Below, piece after piece: positions 35,328 to 44,111 of a DNA stretch of 64,000 nt. Position 1 is the first letter of the stretch. Every line of letters begins with the position of its first letter. Made by a program: the position numbers and the translations under genes. The stretch comes from Chloroflexota bacterium (GTDB lineage: Bacteria; Chloroflexota; Limnocylindria; P2-11E). The stretch is taken from NCBI GenBank assembly GCA_031404235.1, contig JANNHF010000143.1, positions 23,999 to 87,998 on the forward strand, read 5' to 3'. Under the pieces are notes generated by a model. It saw only the letters and a list, made by a program, of their open reading frames with translations. It did no database searches and was not told the origin of the DNA.

Positions 35328-35834
35328 CTAAGAGCGGCCGCGTGCGTGGCCGGACTCGCCGCTGTCGCCGGCGAGGAGCTCGATGGCGTGGGGGAGGACG
35401 GGCAGCAGCACCTCGAGCGATTCGCGTACCGCGCGCGGAGAACCCGGCAGGTTCACGACGAGCGTCGCGCCGACGGCACCCGCGACGCCGCGCGAGAGCA
35501 TGCCGTGCGCGGTCTTTTCCAGCGAACGCGCCCTCAGCGCCTCCGCGATCCCCGGGACCTCCCGGTCGATCACGCGCCGCGTCGCCTCGGGCGTCACGTC
35601 GTTCGGCGAGAGACCGGTCCCGCCGCTGGTGAGCACCACATTCGCGCCTGCGCGCACCGCGCTGAGGATCGCCGTTGCGACGCCGCCGACGTCGTCGGGC
35701 ACGACATCGGCGTGGACGATCTGGTGGCCGGCGGCGGTGAGGGCGTCACGCATCGCTGGTCCGCTCTCGTCGGCGCGCTCGCCAGCGGCGCCCCGGGTGC
35801 TCACGGTGATGATCGCGGCACGCACGGAGCTCAC
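35328..35834 (-). CDS. mogA: molybdopterin adenylyltransferase MogA/MoaB family
   Basis: [27 protein letters not shown]...[19 protein letters not shown]; GGTG motif of the MoCF-biosynthesis domain. Confidence 0.85.
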   Translation of the reverse strand: MSSVRAAIITVSTRGAAGERADESGPAMRDALTAAGHQIVHADVVPDDVGGVATAILSAVRAGANVVLTSGGTGLSPNDVTPEATRRVIDREVPGIAEALRARSLEKTAHGMLSRGVAGAVGATLVVNLPGSPRAVRESLEVLLPVLPHAIELLAGDSGESGHARGRS

Positions 35835-36343
35835 TGCGCGCGGTACTCCCCGCTGCGCCCGCCGCTTTTCGCAACGAGGCGCACATCGGTGAGCCGAGCG
35901 CCGCGCTCGATCGCCTTCAGCATGTCGTACAGCGTGAGGCCCGCGATGGCCACCGCCGTGAGCGCCTCCATCTCCACGCCGGTCTGCGCCGTCGTCGCGA
36001 CGGTCGCCTCGATCGCGATGCCCCTCGCCTCGATCGCGAGCTCGACGCTCGCGTGCGTGATCGGCAGCGGGTGCGCCAGCGGGATCAGCTCAGACGTCCG
36101 CTTTGCTGCCATGATGCCGGCGACGCGCGCGCTTGCGAGCACGTCGCCCTTCGGCGTCCGTCCATCGCGTACCAGCGCGAGCGTCTCTGATGACAGCACG
36201 AGCATGCCGCGCGCGGTCGCGCGCCGCTCGGTCACAGCCTTCGCGCCGACGTCCACCATGCGCGCTGCGCCGCGCTCGTCGACGTGCGTGAGCGTCTTGC
36301 TCGCGCGCGTCCGTGGCGCGGATGCACGCTTGCGAGCCGGCAC
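35831..36343 (-). CDS. moaC: cyclic pyranopterin monophosphate synthase accessory protein MoaC
   Basis: [25 protein letters not shown]...[30 protein letters not shown]...[20 protein letters not shown]. Confidence 0.9.
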   Translation of the reverse strand: MPARKRASAPRTRASKTLTHVDERGAARMVDVGAKAVTERRATARGMLVLSSETLALVRDGRTPKGDVLASARVAGIMAAKRTSELIPLAHPLPITHASVELAIEARGIAIEATVATTAQTGVEMEALTAVAIAGLTLYDMLKAIERGARLTDVRLVAKSGGRSGEYRAQ

Positions 36344-36344
36344 T

Positions 36345-37595
36345 CTAGTGATCCTCCGGTCGGTCCGTCAGTAGAACGCTGACGCTGTCGCCTGGTCCTA
36401 CCGACGAAGTCGCTTCGGGTATGTCGATGAGGCAGTTCGCCAGGGACATCGAGCGCAGGATGCCGGAGCCCTGCGGACCCGTCGACCGCACGGCCCCCTG
36501 GCTCTCGTCGTAGATCCCGCGCGCGAACGTTCGAAGGCCGCTCGGCTTGTCGATCCGGTCGAGCAGGCGTGCCGTCACCCGCGGACGGTGGAGTTTGGTC
36601 CGCCCGGCCATCTTCAAGAGCGCGGGCCGTACGAAGATCTCGAACGTGAGCAGCGCGGACACCGGATTGCCGGGTAGGCCGAAGATCGGAACGGCGCCGC
36701 GCTTGGTGCGGAGCTCGCCGAACGCGAGCGGGCGGCCGGGGCGGATCGCGATCGACCAGAAGTCCATCTCTCCCATCGCGTTCACGACGGGCTTCAGGTG
36801 GTCGTGGTCGCCGACCGACACGCCGCCGCTGGTCACGACGACATCGCCAAAGGCCGCGTTGCCGAGCGCGTGGCGAAGGTCGTCGGCCGAGTCGCGGGCG
36901 ATGCCGATGTCGAACGCCGCGCAACCGGCCGCTCGGACCGCGGCCACGAGCGAATAGCGGTTCGCATCACGGATCTGGCCTGGGCCGGGCTGCTCACCGA
37001 TCTCCACGAGCTCGTCGCCAGTGGAGAGCACCGCGACGTTGGGGCGACGGACGACGTTCACCTTCGCGCGACCGATCGAAGCAAGCACCCCGATCTCCGC
37101 GTGCCTCAGTGCCGTGCCGCGTGCGAGGACGGTCTCGCCCCGATGCAGATCCTCGCCGGCCTGCCGGACCGCGACCCCCTGTGGCGTGGCCGCGTGGATC
37201 GTCATGACGTCGGAGCCGTTGTCGGTGTCCTCGACGCGCACGACCGTATCCGCGCCGTCGGGCATCGGGGCGCCGGTCATGATGCGCATCGCCTCCCGCG
37301 GCCCGATGGGGCGGTCAGGCATCGAGCCGGCCGAGACCACGCCGACGACGCGGAGCAACGCGCCTGGCTCGCGCACATCCGCTCCGCGCACCGCGTAGCC
37401 GTCCATCGCCGAATTGCGGAACGGCGGCACGTCGCGATCGGCGACCGCGTCGTCGGTGAGGACCGCGCCCAGCGCGTCGAGAAGCCCGACCTCCGTTGGC
37501 TCGAGGAGCGCGATCCGCGCGAGGATGCGCTCCAGGGCCTCATCGACGCTGAGCGTCGAGACCGCGGCGCGCGCTGCGCTGGGACTGGTGGGCAT
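36345..37595 (-). CDS. moeA: molybdopterin molybdotransferase MoeA
   Basis: 416 aa; [34 protein letters not shown] motifs. Confidence 0.9.
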   Translation of the reverse strand: MPTSPSAARAAVSTLSVDEALERILARIALLEPTEVGLLDALGAVLTDDAVADRDVPPFRNSAMDGYAVRGADVREPGALLRVVGVVSAGSMPDRPIGPREAMRIMTGAPMPDGADTVVRVEDTDNGSDVMTIHAATPQGVAVRQAGEDLHRGETVLARGTALRHAEIGVLASIGRAKVNVVRRPNVAVLSTGDELVEIGEQPGPGQIRDANRYSLVAAVRAAGCAAFDIGIARDSADDLRHALGNAAFGDVVVTSGGVSVGDHDHLKPVVNAMGEMDFWSIAIRPGRPLAFGELRTKRGAVPIFGLPGNPVSALLTFEIFVRPALLKMAGRTKLHRPRVTARLLDRIDKPSGLRTFARGIYDESQGAVRSTGPQGSGILRSMSLANCLIDIPEATSSVGPGDSVSVLLTDRPEDH

Positions 37596-37674
37596 CGCCA
37601 GGAGTCTAGGAGCGATAGTCGGCGGGCCGACTGCGGGGTCGCTGAGCCTCGGTCAGCGTCGGACCAGGCATCCT

Positions 37675-37691
37675 ATGTGGTATACCTACAT
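37675..37691 (+). promoter_or_regulatory. AT-rich palindromic element (core GGTATACC flanked by ATGT/ACAT) in the moeA / modE-like divergent region
   Basis: cctATGTGGTATACCTACATATTCG is the only AT-rich palindromic stretch between the divergently transcribed Moco-biosynthesis and molybdate-uptake operons. Confidence 0.3.
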
Positions 37692-37695
37692 ATTC

Positions 37696-38145
37696 GTGGC
37701 AAAACAGCGGCAGGTACCTAAGGATGGTGCACTCCGGGTGGGCGAGGCAGCCGGGGTCTTGGGCATCTCGGTCGACACGCTGCGCCGCTGGGCCGCATCG
37801 GGTGAGGTCAAGGTGCGGCGCTCGCCAGGCGGGCAGCGGCTCGTCCCGCTCCCCGAGCTGCGTCGCCTCCAAGCTTCGCGCAAGCGCGAGGGTCACGAGC
37901 GACCGATCGTCGCGCAGTCCGCGCGCAACCGTTTCGCGGGGATCGTGACGCGCGTCGAGAAGGACCGTGTCGCTGCGGTCGTCGAGGTCCAGGCAGGTCC
38001 GCATCGGCTGGTCAGCCTCATGACGGCCGAAGCGGCTCAGGAGCTCGGGCTGCGGCCGGGCGTCGCCGTCGTGTGCGCCGTGAAGTCGACGAACGTGGTC
38101 GTGGAGATCGCCCAACGCTCCCGTTCATCGAGCGATCGCGAGTAG
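37696..38145 (+). CDS. molybdate-responsive regulator-like protein: MerR/excisionase-type HTH + TOBE (Mop) domain
   Basis: ALRVGEAAGVLGISVDTLRRWAASGEV (HTH_17) then RNRFAGIVTRVEKDRVAAVVEVQAGPHRLVSLMTAEAAQELGLRPGVAVVCAVKSTNV (Mop/TOBE). Start GTG 37696 or ATG 37675, both inside the AT-rich element. Confidence 0.65.
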   Translation: MAKQRQVPKDGALRVGEAAGVLGISVDTLRRWAASGEVKVRRSPGGQRLVPLPELRRLQASRKREGHERPIVAQSARNRFAGIVTRVEKDRVAAVVEVQAGPHRLVSLMTAEAAQELGLRPGVAVVCAVKSTNVVVEIAQRSRSSSDRE

Positions 38146-38156
38146 GCCGAGCTCGG

Positions 38157-38948
38157 ATGCGCAGATCACTGGTGCTCATCGCTGCCACCCTGGTCCTCGC
38201 TGGTTGTGGCCGAGCCGCGCCGAGCACGGTCATTCCCAGCGCGTCGCCATCTCCCGAGAGCGAGCTCCTCGTCTTCGCCGCCTCGGACCTCCAGTTCGCT
38301 CTTGCGGAGGTGTCGAACGCGTTCGCTGCCGCCGGGCATCCCAAGCCGACGATCAGCTTTGGATCGACCGGGACGCTCAGCCAACAGATCGAGAACGGAG
38401 CGCCTGCGGACGTGTTCTTCGCCGCGGACGAGGCCTACCTGATCGGGCTTGAGCAGAAAGCCCTCGTCCTGGCGGGCACCCGTCAGCTCTACGCGATCGG
38501 AAGGATCGTTCTCGTCGAGCGCACCGGACTGCCGCCGGTCACGACGCTCGAGGATCTCGGTCGCTCCGATGTTGGCAGGATCGCCATCGCGAATCCGGAT
38601 CACGCGCCGTACGGCCGTGCGGCGCGTGATGCGATGATGCGCGTCGGTCTGTGGCCAACGCTTCAGCCAAGGCTCGTGCTCGGCGAGAATGTCTCACAGG
38701 CCTTTCAGTTCGTACGGACAGGGAACGCGGACGCGGGCGTCGTCGCACTCTCGCTGGCCATCGGAACGCCGGGGACCCGGTACTCCGTCGTCGATGGTGC
38801 GCTCCACGACCCGATCGTGCAGTCCGCCGGAGTGCTCGCACGCACGCGTCAGTCCGCCTCGGCGCGCGATCTCCTTGCGTTCGTGAACGGTCCCTTCGGA
38901 CGGCCGATCATGAAGAAGTACGGCTTCACGCTTCCCGGCGAAGGCTAG
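38157..38948 (+). CDS. modA: molybdate ABC transporter substrate-binding lipoprotein
   Basis: MRRSLVLIAATLVLAGCG (lipobox), SFGSTGTL, ADVFFAADE typical of ModA. Confidence 0.85.
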   Translation: MRRSLVLIAATLVLAGCGRAAPSTVIPSASPSPESELLVFAASDLQFALAEVSNAFAAAGHPKPTISFGSTGTLSQQIENGAPADVFFAADEAYLIGLEQKALVLAGTRQLYAIGRIVLVERTGLPPVTTLEDLGRSDVGRIAIANPDHAPYGRAARDAMMRVGLWPTLQPRLVLGENVSQAFQFVRTGNADAGVVALSLAIGTPGTRYSVVDGALHDPIVQSAGVLARTRQSASARDLLAFVNGPFGRPIMKKYGFTLPGEG

Positions 38949-38950
38949 AC

Positions 38951-39610
38951 GTGGATCTGGCACCACTCGCGCTCTCGCTGCGGGTCGCAGCGGTGGCCAC
39001 CGCGTTCGGGATCGCCGTCGGTGTGCCGCTCGCCTGGGTTCTCGCACGGAAGAGCTTTCCCGGTCGCGACGTCATCTCCGTGCTCATCGTCCTTCCGATG
39101 GTCCTGCCGCCAACTGTGCTCGGTTATGGATTGCTCGTCCTGCTCGGTCGGCAAGGTCCTGTCGACCCCGCGATACAGGCGGTGTTCGGCGAGGGTCTGG
39201 TGTTCACGCCCGCCGCGGCGGTCGTCGCGGCCTTCGTTGCCGCGACCCCCTTTCTCATACGGGCGGCGCAGGGCGGCTTCGAACAGCTCGACGTCGCGTA
39301 TGAGGAGGCCGCGCGCACCCTTGGCCGCCGCGAGTTCGCCATCTTCCTGACCGTCACGGCACCACTCGCGTGGCGGGGGATCGCCGCCGGCATCGCTCTC
39401 TGCTTTGCGCGCGCGATCGGCGAGTTCGGCGCGACGCTGATGCTCGCGGGCAACATCCCGGGGCGCACGCAGACCGCGAGCATCGCGATCTACGACGCCG
39501 TGCAATCGGGTCGGCTTGAGCAGGCCACCACCATGGCGCTCGCGCTCGGCATCGTTGCGGGTGCCGTGCTGTTCCTGCTCGCGCGTGTCGGACGAGGAGC
39601 TCGCTGGTGA
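38951..39610 (+). CDS. modB: molybdate ABC transporter permease
   Basis: GTG 2 nt after the modA stop; ABC permease EAA-like loop (EEAARTLGRREFAIFLTVTAPLA). Confidence 0.85.
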   Translation: MDLAPLALSLRVAAVATAFGIAVGVPLAWVLARKSFPGRDVISVLIVLPMVLPPTVLGYGLLVLLGRQGPVDPAIQAVFGEGLVFTPAAAVVAAFVAATPFLIRAAQGGFEQLDVAYEEAARTLGRREFAIFLTVTAPLAWRGIAAGIALCFARAIGEFGATLMLAGNIPGRTQTASIAIYDAVQSGRLEQATTMALALGIVAGAVLFLLARVGRGARW

Positions 39611-40308
39611 TCATCACCGTCGATGTCCGGCGCACACTCGGTCCGTTCCATCTGAAGGTCGCCTTCGCCGCTCCGGCCGGGATCACTGCGTTGTTCGGTC
39701 CGTCCGGATCCGGCAAGACGCTCACGCTTCGCTGCGTCGCCGGACTGCTCAGGCCGGAGCGCGGCCGCGTGGCGCTCGGACAGCGCGTTCTGTACGACGG
39801 CGCCTTGGGCGTCGATCTCGCGACACGCGACAGGCGGATCGGCTACGTCTTCCAGCATTACGCGCTCTTCCCGCATCTCAGCGCCTCTGCCAACATCGGG
39901 TACGGGCTGCACGATGCTTCGCCCGCGGATCGATCGGCACGCGTGAAGGAGCTGCTGGAGATGGTCGGTCTCGCTGACTTCGCGGAGCGGCATCCTCACC
40001 AGCTCTCCGGCGGCCAGCAGCAGCGCGTGGCGCTCGCGCGGGCCCTCGCACCCCGTCCGGATCTCGTCCTCCTCGACGAGCCCTTTGCGGCGATCGACTC
40101 GTTCGTGCGCGATCACCTGCGCGAACAGCTGCGCGCGATCCATGCGCGCACGCAGGTCCCGATGATCCTCGTCACCCACGATGTCGCCGACGTCCGACGC
40201 TTGGCCGACACCGTGGTGCTGTACGGCCACGGAGCGGTCCTCGAGGTCGGAGCCACCGATGACGTGCTGGCCAGGCGCGAGGTCCAGACCGCGGCCTACC
40301 CTGCGTAA
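39607..40308 (+). CDS. modC: molybdate ABC transporter ATP-binding protein (short form, no TOBE)
   Basis: GTGA overlap with modB; [29 protein letters not shown]. Confidence 0.85.
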   Translation: MIITVDVRRTLGPFHLKVAFAAPAGITALFGPSGSGKTLTLRCVAGLLRPERGRVALGQRVLYDGALGVDLATRDRRIGYVFQHYALFPHLSASANIGYGLHDASPADRSARVKELLEMVGLADFAERHPHQLSGGQQQRVALARALAPRPDLVLLDEPFAAIDSFVRDHLREQLRAIHARTQVPMILVTHDVADVRRLADTVVLYGHGAVLEVGATDDVLARREVQTAAYPA

Positions 40309-40438
40309 GACCAGGATGGCGAGCGCATCGGAAGACCGGCGGACGAATCGCACGCGATCGCGATGCTAACCACACGTTCCGGACGCGCGCACCAGGCGCA
40401 GCTCTCTGAATTACAGTGACCGCGGGGCCGTCATCAAC

Positions 40439-40606
40439 GTGCCCATCGTCGACGACCATCTCGCCGTTGCCGAAAGCCTGCAAGCTCTTCTCTCGCAGCA
40501 GGCCGATCTGGACGTCGGTGAGGTGGCCACGAACGGCGACGCCGCGCTCCGGTGCGCGGCCCGGCGAGCGCACCGAGAACGATCGCGCAACTCGCGCAGC
40601 AGCTAG
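40439..40606 (+). pseudogene. remnant of a response-regulator receiver (REC) domain N-terminus (~45 aa, then out-of-context tail)
   Basis: VPIVDDHLAVAESLQALLSQQADLDVGEVATNGDAALRCAAR matches the NarL/CheY-type REC start (xIVDDHxxxxxxLxxLL...GEAxxGxEAL) but degenerates into RAHRERSRNSRSS* after ~45 aa. Confidence 0.35.
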
Positions 40607-41448
40607 GCCGCCGGCCGCCGCCCCACGTCGTCGCGCGCGAGTGCGTCCTGAGCGATACGCAGTACCGCACCGGTCGTCACGAGATTTGGGCTCCAGGTGG
40701 CATGACCGATCCGAACGTTCCACCGCGCGCCCGCGAAGGCGCGCACGCTGACAGTCATGGTTCGCAGCAGCTCATCGAGTCGTGCTCGAAGGAGGGTCGC
40801 GCCGCGAGCGCCACGTCCTTCATCGCCGACGATCGGGGCGACGAGCGCGACGCCGCAGTCGCCGTAGCGGAAGGCACTCGCGTCTCCACCAAAGAGCGTC
40901 GACGCGCCGCCGAGCGTGGCGCGGATGCAGCGATGCACGATCGCGCGCCGCGTTGCTTCCGACGATGCGTCCACATCCGCGACGCCCAAGACGAGCGAGA
41001 ACGGTCGGCCCCCGTCGCGGGCATTGGCCACGCACTCGCGGAGCGCGGCGACCAGCACGCGATCGAGGTACGACTCAGCGACGGCCGCGGCGCGATACGC
41101 CACCGCCGGAGCCTCCGCGAGCACCGCGGCTGGACGCGGTCCAGGCTCCGGCTCCGCGATGAGTCGCAGGACGGTAGGGATGACCGCCCGCCAGCGTTCC
41201 CGCTCGGCGAGGCGTTCCGCCGCGCCGAGCGATGTGAGCGCGACCGCTGCCTCGGGCGCGGGAACGAGGTGGCCCCCTTCGAGCAGGGATTGGAGCGCGC
41301 GGCCGAACGCGCCGCTCGCGAGCGGGAGGCGTTCCGCGGAGATCGCGGCGAGCAGCGTCGCTGGCCGCGCGGTCGTCAACGCGAGCGACTCGAGGAGATA
41401 GAGGCGGTAGAAAGAGGTCGCGAGGCCGGTCGCGGATGGGCGGACCAC
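40603..41448 (-). CDS. GGDEF-domain protein with degenerate active site (RYGDCG instead of RYGGEEF)
   Basis: RPFSLVLGVADVDAS...AFRYGDCGVALVAP...VSVRAFAGARW...VLRIAQDALARDD follows GGDEF topology; GTG start. Confidence 0.5.
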   Translation of the reverse strand: MVRPSATGLATSFYRLYLLESLALTTARPATLLAAISAERLPLASGAFGRALQSLLEGGHLVPAPEAAVALTSLGAAERLAERERWRAVIPTVLRLIAEPEPGPRPAAVLAEAPAVAYRAAAVAESYLDRVLVAALRECVANARDGGRPFSLVLGVADVDASSEATRRAIVHRCIRATLGGASTLFGGDASAFRYGDCGVALVAPIVGDEGRGARGATLLRARLDELLRTMTVSVRAFAGARWNVRIGHATWSPNLVTTGAVLRIAQDALARDDVGRRPAA

Positions 41449-41505
41449 TGGCTACCTCCGCATGAGACTCGTCAGTGGTACGGCCCGCCCTTGCCGACCA
41501 CAAGT

Positions 41506-41638
41506 TCTCCGCGAGCATGCTCTCGACCGCAGCGAGCAGCGAGTCAGGCGTGAACGGTTTGTGAACGACGGGTCCGTCGATCCGGAGCGCCGCGGTCTGC
41601 AGCTCGTCGCTGTAGCCGGTCACGTACACGACGCGCAC
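41506..41638 (-). pseudogene. remnant of a REC domain C-terminus, N-terminally truncated by an in-frame TAA and frame-shifted relative to the downstream GGDEF ORF
   Basis: VRVVYVTGYSDELQTAALRIDGPVVHKPFTPDSLLAAVESMLAE is the last beta-alpha unit of a receiver domain (VxxTxxxDE...KPF). In-frame TAA lies 4 codons upstream. Confidence 0.35.
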
Positions 41639-41765
41639 ATGCAGACGTGTTTACTCGCGGCTCCCACCACGGACCGCACCCTTCGAACCGGAACCCGCCA
41701 GTCAAGCGTCCCTTAGCCTGGTAACAGCAGGCTGCTCACTAGCGGTTGCTTAGGATTCGCGCCGT

Positions 41766-42503
41766 ATGACGCCCTGGTTCGCTGTCGCGCGTCACCTCGG
41801 CATGGCGTCGCTGGCGGGAATCACCGCTGGCGTGCTGGTCGGAGGGCTCCTCGGCCGCGTGGCGATGCGCGTCAGCGGCTTCACGGCGGGTCCGGCGCTC
41901 GCCGGCGTGACGACCTCGAACGGCAACCGGGTCGGCGACATCACGTTCGCGGGCACGGTCGCGCTGATCGTGTTCGTCGGCGTCGGCACCGGTCTCTTCG
42001 GCGGTGTTCTTTACGCCGTGGCGGAACCGTGGCTGCGTCGCATGCGTCCGTGGCACGGCCTCGCGTACGGTTCGGCGCTGCTTCTCGCATTCGGCTTCAC
42101 CGTCCTCGACCCGGCGAACTTCGACTTCGCGCGTTTTGGCCCGGCCCCACTGAACGTCGCGATGTTCGCGGCGCTGTTCCTCATTTTTGGCCTGACGATC
42201 GCGTGGCTCTTCGATCTCCTGAGCCGGTCGAGGGAGGGGACCGGAATGGCGGCGCGCGTCATTGACGTGCTGGCCTGGGTCGCGCTCGTGCCCGCGGTGA
42301 TCGTCATGGTGCTGTTCATGGCAGGGGCCGGCGGCCTCGAGCCGCTCCTTGCGATCGCCATCGTTGGCGCGCTGCTCGTTCCGGCGTTCGTGCGTTGGCG
42401 TGGCCTACCGCCGGCGATCGGATATGCGACCCTCGTTGGCGCGGTAATGCTCGGTGGTGCACGCACGCTGAGTGGTCTTCCGAGCCTCGTTGCGGGGCTC
42501 TGA
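41766..42503 (+). CDS. hypothetical polytopic membrane protein (~7 TM)
   Basis: 245 aa, high GC3, continuous hydrophobic helices; no family recognised. Confidence 0.5.
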   Translation: MTPWFAVARHLGMASLAGITAGVLVGGLLGRVAMRVSGFTAGPALAGVTTSNGNRVGDITFAGTVALIVFVGVGTGLFGGVLYAVAEPWLRRMRPWHGLAYGSALLLAFGFTVLDPANFDFARFGPAPLNVAMFAALFLIFGLTIAWLFDLLSRSREGTGMAARVIDVLAWVALVPAVIVMVLFMAGAGGLEPLLAIAIVGALLVPAFVRWRGLPPAIGYATLVGAVMLGGARTLSGLPSLVAGL

Positions 42504-42507
42504 ACCG

Positions 42508-43977
42508 CTAGCTCTTGCTGTCGGCCTCCATGGCTTTCGCGATCGAGGCGAGGAATTCCTTGTTCGTCTTGGTCTTGCCGAGCCGCTGCAACAGGAGCTC
42601 GGTGCCCTCGATCTGGCCGACGGCGGAGAGCATCTTCCGCAGCAGGATGACCTGCTTCATGACCTCCGGTGAGAGGAGCATCTCCTCGCGGCGCGTACCC
42701 GAGGCGGGGATGTTGATCGCGGGGAACGTGCGGCGCTCCTGCAGCTTGCGGTCGAGGATCATCTCGGAGTTACCGGTGCCCTTGAACTCCTCGTAGATCA
42801 CGTCGTCCATACGGCTTCCGGTGTCGACCAAACAGGTCGCGAAGATCGACAGCGATCCGGCTGGCTGTCCGTTCGCTCCTTCGATGTTGCGCGCGGCGCC
42901 GAAGAAGCGCTTCGGCGGGTAGAGCGCGACGGGGTCCATACCACCGGAGAGCGTGCGGCCTGACGGAGGCACGGCGAGGTTGTAGGCGCGCGCGAGGCGC
43001 GTGACGGAGTCGAGCAGGATCGCGACGTCGCGTCCGGTCTCGACCAGCCGCTTCGCGCGCTCGAGCGCGAGCTCGGCGACGCGGGTGTGGTTCTCGGTGG
43101 GCTCGTCGAACGTGGAGGAGAACACCTCGCCCTTGATCGAGCGGCGGATGTCGGTCACTTCCTCGGGACGCTCGCCGACCAGCACGACCATGATGTGCAC
43201 GTCGGGGTGGTTCCCCGCGATGCCGTTCGCGATGTCCTTCAGCAGCGTGGTCTTGCCGGCCTTCGGCGGTGACACGATGAGGGCGCGCTGACCGAAGCCG
43301 AGGGGATTCACGAGGTTGATGAGCCGCTGACTGAGGTTGGCGCCCTCGATCTCGAGGTTGAACATCTTGTCGGGGAAGATGGGCGTGAGCGCTTCGAAGA
43401 GCGGTCGGCGCTTCGCGACCTCGGGGTCGACACCGTTGACGGCCTCGACGCGCAGCAGGCTGAAGTACTTCTCGTTGTCCTTCGGCGGACGCGTCTGTCC
43501 GGTGACGTAGTCGCCCGTGCGCAGACCAAGGCGGCGCACCTGGCTCGAGCCCACGTACACGTCGTCGGGCGAGGGACGAAGGCTGCGGCGGCGGAGGAAG
43601 CCGAAGCCGTCCTCGACGATCTCGAGGATGCCCTGGGCGAAGATGTTCCCCTGGGCTTCGGTCTGCGCCTGCAGGATGCGCGTGATGAGCTCTGGCTTGT
43701 TGGTCTCGGGAGTGATGTCGGTGACGCTGAACTCCTTGGCGATCGCCAGCATGTCCTTCGGCTTCGCCTCGTTCAGCTCCGTGATCGTGTAGTACTTGCG
43801 ACTTGGCGCAGGAGGTGCCGCCTCGCGACGGGTGGCCGGCGCAGCGGGCCCGTTCGTTGGGCCGTTAGCGGGACCCCCCGTGCCATTCGTATTGTTCACT
43901 TCGCTCGTCGGGGGGGTAGCCGCTGCGGTCGGGTTCGGTTCGGGTGCCTGCCCTTGGGTGGGCTCTGGGGTGTCCAA
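42508..43977 (-). CDS. rho: transcription termination factor Rho with ~55-aa N/T/G/P-rich N-terminal extension
   Basis: RNA-binding OB (RFFGAARNIEGANG...), Walker A PPKAGKTTLL, Q/R loops. TTG start with AGGAG 12 nt upstream; MDTPEPTQGQAPEPNPTAAATPPTSEVNNTNGTGGPANGPTNGPAAP precedes the conserved N-terminal helix bundle. Confidence 0.9.
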   Translation of the reverse strand: MDTPEPTQGQAPEPNPTAAATPPTSEVNNTNGTGGPANGPTNGPAAPATRREAAPPAPSRKYYTITELNEAKPKDMLAIAKEFSVTDITPETNKPELITRILQAQTEAQGNIFAQGILEIVEDGFGFLRRRSLRPSPDDVYVGSSQVRRLGLRTGDYVTGQTRPPKDNEKYFSLLRVEAVNGVDPEVAKRRPLFEALTPIFPDKMFNLEIEGANLSQRLINLVNPLGFGQRALIVSPPKAGKTTLLKDIANGIAGNHPDVHIMVVLVGERPEEVTDIRRSIKGEVFSSTFDEPTENHTRVAELALERAKRLVETGRDVAILLDSVTRLARAYNLAVPPSGRTLSGGMDPVALYPPKRFFGAARNIEGANGQPAGSLSIFATCLVDTGSRMDDVIYEEFKGTGNSEMILDRKLQERRTFPAINIPASGTRREEMLLSPEVMKQVILLRKMLSAVGQIEGTELLLQRLGKTKTNKEFLASIAKAMEADSKS

Positions 43978-44111
43978 GCGGTGTGTTGCTCCTTGCTGGT
44001 GTGTGCTGGCGCTACTGCTTTACGTCCTGTGGGGACCGGGGGCGCATTCAAGGTGCGCTCGCGCCCGGCAGAAGCCAATAGGGGAAATGTCGCTATGGGA
44101 CAGTATACAGC

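Noticed and set aside
34575-36374. 599-aa plus-strand ORF across psuG/mogA/moaC
   Set aside because: Antisense to three well-supported genes; Arg/Asp-rich junk translation.
40552-41553. 333-aa plus-strand ORF opposite the GGDEF gene
   Set aside because: R/E/D-rich low-complexity product; the minus-strand frame has the domain-like sequence and better codon periodicity.
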